Shown: in pieces, positions 16,226 to 27,094 of the stretch
How the letters are laid out: every line of letters begins with the position of its first letter
Position numbering within the stretch: the stretch's first letter is position 1
Translations under genes and position numbers: made by a program
Notes under the pieces: model-generated
Seen by the model: the letters and a program-made list of their open reading frames with translations, nothing else
Database searches by the model: none
What the model was told of the DNA's origin: nothing
From: Octopus sinensis
Taxonomy: Eukaryota
Assembly: GCF_006345805.1 (NCBI RefSeq)
Contig: NC_042997.1
Coordinates: 146,320,001-146,384,000 of the forward strand
DNA: 64,000 nucleotides
Direction of reading: 5' to 3'

Positions 16226-16513
16226 TTACTTGTTTCACTCATTTGACTGCGGCTATGCTGGAGCACCACCTATAGTCGAAGAAATCGACCCCAGTACTTA
16301 TAAGCCTAGTACTTATTCTATCGTCCCTTTTGCCGAACTGCTAATTTGCAGGGACGTAAACACAACAACATCAGATGTCAAGTGATAGTTGGGGGACAAA
16401 TACAGACACACATATACGCACATACATAATATATATATTCATATACGACGGGCTTCCTTCAGTTTTCGTCTACCAAATTCACTCACAGGCTGTAGTAGAA
16501 GACACTTGCCCCA
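16226..16513 (-). mobile_element. SINE family A, 5'-truncated
   Basis: Reverse complement of the consensus tail and body. Confidence 0.85.
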
Positions 16514-17183
16514 GTGCCAGACACTGGGACTAAACCCAGCTATCCGGTACTCCTGGCCAAAAGGTACTTCACAGATACTCCAAAAGTGAACAGGGACACA
16601 GTAGCAGGAACACAGCTTCAAATAAAAAAAAATCTACCACAAATTGGTAAAAATTCAGGAAAATTTTTCACAATGTTTGGAGGCGAGATACGCCCCCAAA
16701 ACAACACAAATTTTACAATTAAGTTCTTCAGTTCAAGATCACTGCAAAGAAACGTCTTGACATCACAAGTACAGAAGTAAAACTAACTCATGCGCGTAAA
16801 TGAGCTACTTACCACGCAGCCACTCATGTACCTATATATGTGCGTCTATATATATATATATATATATATACATGCATGTATGCATGCATACACGTACATA
16901 CGCGCACACACATACACACTCACACATACATATACACGCACATACACATGTATGTATGATAAATGAAGATGCATTGATTGCCTATAGTTCTATCCTTGCT
17001 ACAAATTTTTCAATAGTATGGTAATAGTAGGTTCGAAACGTGAAAGACTTTTCCATTTTTCCCGAGCGTCAAACTAATACACTTGGTTGATGTTCACACA
17101 CCAGTCTTCGTCTTTTGTTTTTTTTATAAATTTCAGCTATATATAGACACACACACACACACACACACACACACAACACAATA

Positions 17184-17247
<64 letters not shown>

Positions 17248-17255
17248 TATACATA

Positions 17256-17372
17256 TCACGTGATCACGTGACCGACCAGTCCATCAGATGTAGTTACACA
17301 TCGCTGGTCACAATGCGTTTGCATTGTTTTAGCCTTCGAATGACGCCACCCCGTGGCTAAGCGAGCAGGCCA
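17256..17372 (-). mobile_element. 3' tail fragment of a further retroposon family, inserted in (TA)n
   Basis: GC-richer island ending (minus strand) in tandem CACGTGAT units and flanked by long (TA)n tracts. Family assignment is from recall only. Confidence 0.45.
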
Positions 17373-17393
17373 ATATATTATATATATATATAT

Positions 17394-17522
<129 letters not shown>

Positions 17523-18897
17523 CATATATATGACTGAGGGCGTTATAAACAAATACATTGCTAGATATAAGAGCTAAACACTCTAATTCTGCACTCAAAC
17601 CACATAATTGTATACATACATGCTGACAGAGCTCGTAACCACTCGAAAAGAAGCAGTCGAGATATTCCCGGACTGATCAGTCAGTTTTGGCTTTCGATGT
17701 AGCCTCTTCAGTGGGAACGGCCCGACTCGGTAGATTCTGGACGATGATCACTCTCAGCGTATATGTCTACGCCATAGAAATTTAGGGATGATTTAGCGAA
17801 TGCTAATGTGTATAAAAGCTAGGAAAATGTTATCAACGAGCCATCATTAATCATAACTTTGCTTCTAATCCACAAGTTATGTACTGGAGAATGTAGAAAT
17901 GGATTACCTGAGTGCAAGAACAACAACAACAAAGTACCCCATTCCCGGACCCTTTTAATACCAACCCGCCTGAAACAGCCCTTGTTTCTATATTACAAAT
18001 TATGTTTTAAAGTGATCTAAATTAACACTTGTGTGTTCTAAACACTAGCTTGATAATAACAAACTTATTTAAAACTAAATTCTTCGTTATTTTCAAAGTT
18101 AATTGAAACAAAGTCAGTGCATGTTGAAAAGAATATGGTGGCAAAATTGTTATCAAATGAGCTCAATCAGAATGTATTGCAATTAAAAATAGTGTATCAT
18201 CACTAAATCTTAAGCACAAACAATCTTTGAAATTTACACCAAACATATCGAAAGACTACATACTGGGAAGGCCCAAGAAGGAGACTTTTTAGTGGTATAC
18301 TAGTGGATTTTAACGCTCTACGAAGTTACTAATATGTATAAATAAACATATGGAAAGTTAAATTAAAATTAAAATTTGTCATGCCTTAGCATGGATAAAT
18401 CTTCTAGCTGAGGTGTCCTTATTAATTCCTTCAAGACCAACCTAAGTCCAGTATGGTAGTGACTGCTGAGCAGGCAGACGGAAAAGGAACGTAGAAGAGG
18501 ATGAACCGTGATTCTGATGAATGAAAATACTGTAGAAACCTAGCGATGATTCAGCTTGTATACTGAAAGATGTCATTCTGTTTTTCATTCTGGATTACTG
18601 GGGTCACTGCAATTGGAAAAACTACCTGTTACTTAATTTGAAAGTATATCTAACCACTAGAGTCAAGCCATCCGTAACAAAAACTGTTTTGGAGAAAATA
18701 TAGAAATTGCATTTCTTGTTGAAGACATGCAAATATATCAACACAAAAAAATACTTGGGGAACATTTTCATTAAAACGTCCGTCGGGTGGAAATGTATCA
18801 AGCCTTGGTAACATTTCTTTCAAAACTGTTAAGAATAAGAATATGAATTAAAAAAAGGAAAACTACTTCGAAATCTAAATCTTTTTGTACCAATATT

Positions 18898-19250
18898 TCC
18901 CAACCACATGATTCCGAGTTTAGTTCCACTGTGTGGCACCTTGGTCAAGTGTCTGCGACTATAGCCTCGGGCCGACTAAAGCCTTGTCAGTGGATTTGGT
19001 AGACGGAAACTGAAAAACGTCAGTCGTACATACATATAAGTGTGTGTGTGTGTCTGTGTCTGTGTTTGTCTAACCACCACTACTTGTCAACCGGTGTTGG
19101 TGTGTTCATGTCCCTGTAACTTTGCGCTTCTGCAAAAGAGATGGATAAAATAAGTACCAGGCTATGTATGTATGTATGTATGTATGTATGTATGTATGTA
19201 TGTATGTATATATATATAATATATTATCTATATATATATATATATATATC

Positions 19251-19283
<33 letters not shown>

Positions 19284-19482
19284 TGGTTAAAAACGGTAAG
19301 ATAACAAAAGAAAGAAAGAGACCTCAATATTATGTAAATAGGAATTTATCTGTAAAATAATAGTGACAAGATTTATTTCGGTAGCCAGATAACCGAAGAG
19401 ATGGTGGTGTGGATTTCCACCTCGGCATCCGAAACTCAGAGTTTTATCTTGGCTACCGAATAATTGTCACATATTATTTTAC

Positions 19483-19551
<69 letters not shown>

Positions 19552-19640
19552 ACTGAGGTCGATTCATCCGACTAAAATTTTTTCAAGGCGATGCCCTAGC
19601 ATGGCCACAGTCTAATGACTGAAACAAGTAAAAGATATAT
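18898..19640 (+). mobile_element. SINE family A interrupted by microsatellites and a palindromic insert (~19265-19483)
   Basis: Head and body 18898-19165; remainder of tail 19548-19640. Confidence 0.75.
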
Positions 19641-20345
19641 TTATTTCTATCTAAAATAATTGGTACATTTGGTAATTGGCAGTCAATGTATAAGTGGCAA
19701 TTTCGTAAAGCTGCTGCTTTCTGACAAAAAAATGGAAAAAAATGATTAGCCAACACATACTTATGAAATATAATCTATATGCGGAACCGGGAAAATATTC
19801 AGCACTTTTCTAAAGTTTAACATGTTTATTGTTATTGTTATTACGAAAATTCTAATGATAGAAGACTTGTACATTGCTATAACGTAGTCCTTTTCTTATA
19901 AGATCAAATCAAATTATTAAAGAATAATTATATAGTATCTACATACATACTTATATACGCATGTGTGTGCTTGCATGCACGTATATGTGTGTGTGCATTG
20001 TGTATATATGTGTGCAAGTATGTGAATCAAAAGGAAAAAGAATATATAAGAGGAAAGAGAAACAAATTTCTGAGTTTGCGTGTGAGCGTTAGTATTCGTA
20101 TCTGTATACATGTTCGCTCGCCCAGTCAGGTGTCGCACCTTCCCCTCCGTTTCAATGCCGTGATCTTACAACTCTTGCCCTATCAAGTTAACATTTACCA
20201 TATCAAGTGATACATTTGAGAAAACTACCTTTGACTCATTTATGTGAACTTAGATGGTGTTATATTCTTCCACAATGCTTGTATGTGTGTGTGCGTGCAT
20301 GTGCGTGTTGTAGGTCTGTTTGCACGTGTGCCTTCGCCTAACCTC

Positions 20346-20444
<99 letters not shown>

Positions 20445-20653
20445 GTAATACAAGAGGTGAAAAGAATATTAAAATATATTTTACGTAGAGTAAACATTAT
20501 CTGATATAGAACTTAATACGTTGCGTAGAATGGATGTATATATTTATTACATCAAATGTTCTCTGGCCGCTCCGAGTTTCGCTCCGTGCCGGGTTGTTCA
20601 TGAATGTGAGGCAGACGAAATATTTCGCAGGTAGGTTCACTCATACTGATATA

Positions 20654-20738
<85 letters not shown>

Positions 20739-20755
20739 CACTCACACACACACAC

Positions 20756-20860
20756 AAGCAGAAATACCCGGCGTTGTCCGGGTTAAAGAAAGTAATAAAA
20801 TTTTAAAACGCCGTCTAGATTACGCAGGTCTCAACTGCTAGTAGCTGAAAAACGAACTTT
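20756..20860 (+). mobile_element. HINE-like 5' end fragment
   Basis: AAGCAGAAATACCCGGCGTTGTCCGGG hairpin of the same type as at 62089. Confidence 0.45.
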
Positions 20861-21559
20861 CTACATTAATAACTCTCCAATCTATGCCAGCATGGAACAT
20901 AGACGTGAAGTGGAATGTTAAAAGAAAGTTTTCAGCTCATATATGTATATTGAGTACACGTCATTCAAAAACATGTTTTGTCTAGTCTATTTCATGCAGA
21001 AATACACAGATGCAGAAGATAGTAAACAATGAAAACAACTTTGTAACGGAAATTATGTTTCTCAATACGACGGGCTGAAAGTAAATAAAACTTTTTTAAC
21101 GGAAAATAAAGAATTGTACGAGTTGAAGCAAAATTTGTCACTCAGTGAACCAAAGAGCCAGTGTCGAAGAAACCTGACAAAAAAACGTCAATAGAAAAAC
21201 ACAAAACTGTTGCAAAAGTAAATAAGAATTTTTTAGGGAAATTTACTAAATGAACGGATTTAAGTAAAAATTTTAAAGTCACTTCTGTCAGTAAATCTTG
21301 AATTTACTTTTATCAGTAATTCCGTCAACAAAACATAAACATTGTAAAAGTAAATAAGAAATTTGTAGGCAAATTTAACGAAGTATACTGAATGAAGTGA
21401 AATTTATGAAGTTACTTCGGTCAGTAAATTATAAAATTACTTTCATCAGTAATTGTTAATTTCTTTCTGTCAGTAATTTGTCGTTGTTGTTTGTAAATAA
21501 CAATTGAAAACTTACAGAGAAAAGAATAGCGTCTGAAAAATGAAAGTGAAAACAATAGA

Positions 21560-22205
<646 letters not shown>

Positions 22206-22944
22206 AAATGTTTCTATAAGAAAGGTGAAGAATAGAATTTTGAAGAAAGAAATATATAAGAAGTTGTAACATTCATGACAAAACAAAAACAAAAAAAAAC
22301 AACAAACAAACAAAAATGCGACTGAAATTAAGAAGTGGTTTAAATGTAAATATTCAATACATGTTGTTGTTACGTCAGTGACGCTAGAAAATCGGAAGTA
22401 AATATTTTAAAGAACTTTCAAAGACGTGAATCTAATATAAAAAGCAATATTACTTATTTTTAATAAAAAAATCAAATGAATAACCTACAATGTGTCCGAG
22501 GACAAATTATTCATGCATCACAAGTATGAAAGTAATTGGTGAAGCCATTTTCACGTAGAAATCAATACACACACATCTCTATTTTACATATTAGATATAT
22601 ACATGTATGTATATACATACACACACACATATACACACATATACATATATATATATATACTTATATATATGTATATATATATGTATGTATGCATGTATAT
22701 ATACATATATATATATATTAATCAATATAGGGTGGCAAAAAAAAAATTTTGTAGAATTTTTTTGCCACCAGCGGCCTAGTGGGAAAAAATTAAATAGTCA
22801 TAGACCATTTTTAAGTTCAACATCAACAATCAAGGAACGGCCATAATAGGCCATTCACCCACTAGAAATAACAGCCAAAGCTTCAACCGCAAATAAAAGT
22901 CAATTCCGTAAACAGGAGAAAATTTAAAAAACATTTACCCTGTG

Positions 22945-23051
22945 ATTTCTTATACGATGCACCGTTTCATCTGCTGTTTCATGGTAAACTAACCTGATTA
23001 AATTAAATCAAGCCAATCTTCCATAGGCCCTCAGATTCTTCAGTAAGAAAT
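22945..23051 (-). ncRNA. Type I hammerhead ribozyme, intact core (unit 1)
   Basis: Reverse complement of the 107-nt reference motif. Predicted cleavage between 22953 and 22952. Confidence 0.9.
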
Positions 23052-23441
23052 AGCCACAAGTCGGAACAGATATTTTCACGAGGCATTTCCGACCCTGCCA
23101 AGGTAATATCTGACCTAAAATTTTCAAATCATCGCACTCGCGCCAAATTTATCGGCAGCAAATAAATATAAGCCGTCGATTCCATTACGGAATTAACCAG
23201 AAAATTCATAATTAATCAATATAGGGTGGCAAAAAAAAAAAAATTTTGTAGAATTTTTTTGCCACCAGCGGCCCAATGGGAAAAAATTAAATAGTCATAG
23301 ATCATTTTTAAGTTCAACATCAACAATCAAGGAACGGCCATAATAGGCCATTCACCCACTAGAAATAACAGCCAAAGCTTCAACCGCAAATAAAAGTCAA
23401 TTCCGTAAACAGGAGAAAATTTAAAAAACATTTACCCTGTA

Positions 23442-23547
23442 ATTTCTTATACGATGCACCGTTTCATCTGCTGTTTCATGGTAAACTAACCTGATTAAAT
23501 TAAATCAAGCCAATCTTCCATAGGCCCTCAGATTCTTCAGTAAGAAT
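23442..23547 (-). ncRNA. Type I hammerhead ribozyme (unit 2), 1-nt deletion in helix I
   Basis: Core intact. TAAGAAT instead of TAAGAAAT at 23541-23547 (possible homopolymer error). Confidence 0.85.
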
Positions 23548-23936
23548 AGCCACAAGTCGGAACAGATATTTTCACGAGGCATTTCCGACCCTGCCAAGGT
23601 AATATCTGACCTAAAATTTTCAAATCATCGCACTCGCGCCAAATTTATCGGCAGCAAATAAATATAAGCCGTCGATTCCATTACGGAATTAACCAGAAAA
23701 TTCATAATTAATCAATATAGGGTGGCAAAAAAAAAAATTTTGTAGAATTTTTTTTTCCACCAGCGGCCTAGTGGGAAAAAGTTAAATAGTCATAGACCAT
23801 TTTTAAGTTCAACATCAACAATCAAGGAACGGCCATAATAGGCCATTCACCCACTAGAAATAACAGCCAAAGCTTCAACCGCAAATAAAAGTCAATTCCG
23901 TAAACAGGAGAAAATTTAAAAAACATTTACCCTGTA

Positions 23937-24043
23937 ATTTCTTATACGATGCACCGTTTCATCTGCTGTTTCATGGTAAACTAACCTGATTAAATTAAAT
24001 CAAGCCAATCTTCCATAGGCCCTCAGATTCTTCAGTAAGAAAT
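23937..24043 (-). ncRNA. Type I hammerhead ribozyme, intact core (unit 3)
   Basis: 107-nt reference motif, reverse complement. Confidence 0.9.
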
Positions 24044-24432
24044 AGCCACAAGTCGGAACAGATATTTTCACGAGGCATTTCCGACCCTGCCAAGGTAATA
24101 TCTGACCTAAAATTTTCAAATCATCGCACTCGCGCCAAATTTATCGGCAGCAAATAAATATAAGCCGTCGATTCCATTACGGAATTAACCAGAAAATTCA
24201 TAATTAATCAATATAGGGTGGCAAAAAAAAAAATTTTGTAGAATTTTTTTTGCCACCAGCGGCCTAGTGGGAAAAAATTAAATAGTCATAGACCATTTTT
24301 AAGTTCAACATCAACAATCAAGGAACGGCCATAATAGGCCATTCACCCACTAGAAATAACAGCCAAAGCTTCAACCGCAAATAAAAGTCAATTCCGTAAA
24401 CAGGAGAAAATTTAAAAAACATTTACCCTGTA

Positions 24433-24544
24433 ATTTCTTATACGATGCACCACCGTTTCATCTCTGCTGTTTCATGGTAAACTAACCTGATTAAATTAAA
24501 TCAAGCCAATCTTCCATAGGCCCTCAGATTCTTCAGTAAGAAAT
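24433..24544 (-). ncRNA. Type I hammerhead ribozyme (unit 4), 5 nt of insertions in helices II and III
   Basis: GCACCACCGTTTCATCTCTG instead of GCACCGTTTCATCTG; core nucleotides retained. Confidence 0.75.
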
Positions 24545-24932
24545 AGCCACAAGTCGGAACAGATATTTTCACGAGGCATTTCCGACCCTGCCAAGGTAAT
24601 ATCTGACCTAAAATTTTCAAATCATCGCACTCGCGCCAAATTTATCGGCAGCAAATAATATAAGCCGTCGATTCCATTACGGAATTAACCAGAAAATTCA
24701 TAATTAATCAATATAGGGTGGCAAAAAAAAAAATTTTGTAGAATTTTTTTTTGCCACCTGCGGCCTAGTGGGAAAAAATTAAATAGTCATAGACCATTTT
24801 TAAGTTCAACATCAACAATCAAGGAACGGCCATAATAGGCCATTCACCCACTAGAAATAACAGCCAAAGCTTCAACCGCAAATAAAAGTCAATTCCGTAA
24901 ACAGGAGAAAATTTAAAAAACATTTACCTGTA

Positions 24933-25038
24933 ATTTCTTATACGATGCACCGTTTCATCTGCTGTTTCATGGTAAACTAACCTGATTAAATTAAATCAAG
25001 CCAATCTTCCATAGGCCCTCAGATTCTTCAGTAAGAAT
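24933..25038 (-). ncRNA. Type I hammerhead ribozyme (unit 5), 1-nt deletion in helix I
   Basis: Core intact; TAAGAAT at 25032-25038. Confidence 0.85.
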
Positions 25039-25424
25039 AGCCACAAGTCGGAACAGATATTTTCACGAGGCATTTCCGACCCTGCCAAGGTAATATCTGA
25101 CCTAAAATTTTCAAATCATCGCACTCGCGCCAAATTTATCGGCAGCAAATAAATATAAGCCGTCGATTCCATTACGGAATTAATCAGAAAATTCATAATT
25201 AATCAATATAGGGTGGCAAAAAAAAAAATTTTGTAGAATTTTTTTGCCACCAGCGGCCTAGTGGGAAAAAATTAAATAGTCATAGACCATTTTTAAGTTC
25301 AACATCAACATCAAGGAACGGCCATAATAGGCCATTCACCCACTAGAAATACAGCCAAAGCTTCAACCGCAAATAAAAGTCAATTCCGTAAACAGGAGAA
25401 AATTTAAAAAACATTTACCCTGTA

Positions 25425-25531
25425 ATTTCTTATACGATGCACCTTTTCATCTGCTGTTTCATGGTAAACTAACCTGATTAAATTAAATCAAGCCAATCTT
25501 CCATAGGCCCTCAGATTCTTCAGTAAGAAAT
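25425..25531 (-). ncRNA. Type I hammerhead ribozyme (unit 6), C15.2-to-A variant
   Basis: GATGCACCTTTTCAT at 25437-25450, the same variant as the copy at 25998-26104. Confidence 0.8.
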
Positions 25532-25997
25532 AGCCACAAGTCGGAACAGATATTTTCACGAGGCATTTCCGACCCTGCCAAGGTAATATCTGACCTAAAA
25601 TTTTCAAATCATCGCACTCGCGCCAAATTTATCGGCAGCAAATAAATATAAGCCGTCGATTCCATTACGGAATTAACCAGAAAATTCATAATTAATCAAT
25701 ATAGGGTGGCAAAAAAAAATTTTGTAGAATTTTTTTGCCACCAGCGGCCTAGTGGGAAAAAATTAAATAGTCATAGACCATTTTTAAGTTCAACATCAAC
25801 AATCAAGGAACGGCCATAATAGGCCATTCACCCACTAGAATAACAGCCAAAGCTTCAACCGCAAATAAAAGTCAATTCCGTAAACAGGAGAAAATTTAAA
25901 AAACATTTACCCTGTAATTTCTTATACGATGTACCGTTTCATCTGCTGTTTCAGGGTCGGAAATGCCTCGTGAAAATATCTGTTCCGACTTGTGGCT

Positions 25998-26104
25998 ATT
26001 TCTTACTGAAGAATCTGAGGGCCTATGGAAGATTGGCTTGATTTAATTTAATCAGGTTAGTTTACCATGAAACAGCAGATGAAAAGGTGCATCGTATAAG
26101 AAAT
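25998..26104 (+). ncRNA. Type I hammerhead ribozyme, C15.2-to-A variant (helix III weakened)
   Basis: Same motif but GAAAAGGTGCATCGTA instead of GAAACGGTGCATCGTA. Confidence 0.8.
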
Positions 26105-26494
26105 TACAGGGTAAATGTTTTTTAAATTTTCTCCTGTTTACGGAATTGACTTTTATTTGCGGTTGAAGCTTTGGCTGTTATTTCTAGTGGGTGAATGGCC
26201 TATTATGGCCGTTCCTTGATTGTTGATGTTGAACTTAAAAATGGTCTATGACTATTTAATTTTTTCCCACTAGGCCGCTGGTGGCAAAAAAAAATTCTAC
26301 AAAATTTTTTTTTTTGCCACCCTATATTGATTAATTATGAATTTTCTGGTTAATTCCGTAATGGAATCGACGGCTTATATTTATTTGCTGCCGATAAATT
26401 TGGCGCGAGTGCGATGATTTGAAAATTTTAGGTCAGATATTACCTTGGCAGGGTCGGAAATGCCTCGTGAAAATATCTGTTCCGACTTGTGGCT

Positions 26495-26601
26495 ATTTCT
26501 TACTGAAGAATCTGAGGGCCTATGGAAGATTGGCTTGATTTAATTTAATCAGGTTAGTTTACCATGAAACAGCAGATGAAACGGTGCATCGTATAAGAAA
26601 T
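26495..26601 (+). ncRNA. Type I hammerhead ribozyme (reference copy)
   Basis: Helix I ATTTCTTA 26495-26502 / TAAGAAAT 26594-26601. Core CTGAAGA 26503-26509. Helix II ATCTG 26510-26514 / CAGAT 26573-26577. GAAA 26578-26581. Helix III (A)CGG-TGCA-TCG(T) 26581-26592. Cleavage triplet GTA ends at 26593. Confidence 0.92.
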
Positions 26602-26987
26602 TACAGGGTAAATGTTTTTTAAATTTTCTCCTGCTTACGGAATTGACTTTTATTTGCGGTTGAAGCTTTGGCTGTTATTTCTAGTGGGTGAATGGCCTAT
26701 TATGGCCGTTCCTTGATTGTTGATGTTGAACTTAAAAACGGTCTATGACTATTTAATTTTTTCCCACTAGGCCGCTGGTGGCAAAAAAATTCTACAAAAT
26801 TTTTTTTTTGCCACCCTATATTGATTAATTATGAATTTTCTGGTTAATTCCGTAATGGAATCGACGGCTTATATTTATTTGCTGCCGATAATTTGGCGCG
26901 AGTGCGATGATTTGAAAATTTTAGGTCAGATATTACCTTGGCAGGGTCGGAAATGCCTCGTGAAAATATCTGTTCCGACTTGTGGCT

Positions 26988-27094
26988 ATTTCTTACTGAA
27001 GAATCTGAGGGCCTATGGAAGATTGGCTTGATTTAATTTAATCAGGTTAGTTTACCATGAAACAGCAGATGAAACGGTGCATCGTATAAGAAAT
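26988..27094 (+). ncRNA. Type I hammerhead ribozyme, intact core
   Basis: Same 107-nt motif as 26495-26601; carries the C variant that gives a G-C pair in upper helix I. Confidence 0.9.

Larger units (their letters stand above)
22717..25953 (-). repeat. Tandem array, left arm: 6 complete plus ~0.5 units of a ~495-bp hammerhead-ribozyme-containing repeat (retrozyme-like); the ribozyme reads on the minus strand
   Basis: The TAGGGTGGC anchor recurs at 22728, 23222, 23718, 24214, 24714, 25209 and 25702 (period 493-500 bp). Units are near-identical, differing mainly in homopolymer length. Left flank is (TA)n. Confidence 0.97.

Noticed and set aside
17030-17130. GAAACGTG-AAAG half-motif in a probable PLE-like fragment
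   Set aside because: No upstream CUGANGA, and G at the cleavage position. Not a ribozyme as it stands.
17670-17715. Minus-strand CTGAAGA-GGCT...AGCC-AAAAC hammerhead-like motif
   Set aside because: G12 is missing, and there is no matching GUH triplet or helix I.
18514-18560. CTGATGA...GAAACCTAG
   Set aside because: No helix II or helix I pairing.
21205-21432. ~140-bp-period diverged duplication (AAAAGTAAATAAGAA...GTCAGTAAAT)
   Set aside because: Real but ordinary AT-rich local duplication with no further structure.
23068-23130. HDV-like ribozyme in the pseudoknot-like segment of the unit
   Set aside because: It lacks P3/L3, the P1.1 GG and the J4/2 catalytic C on either strand.
23136-23146. 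E2F consensus (TTTGGCGCG on the minus strand) in each unit
   Set aside because: A single short motif with no supporting context.
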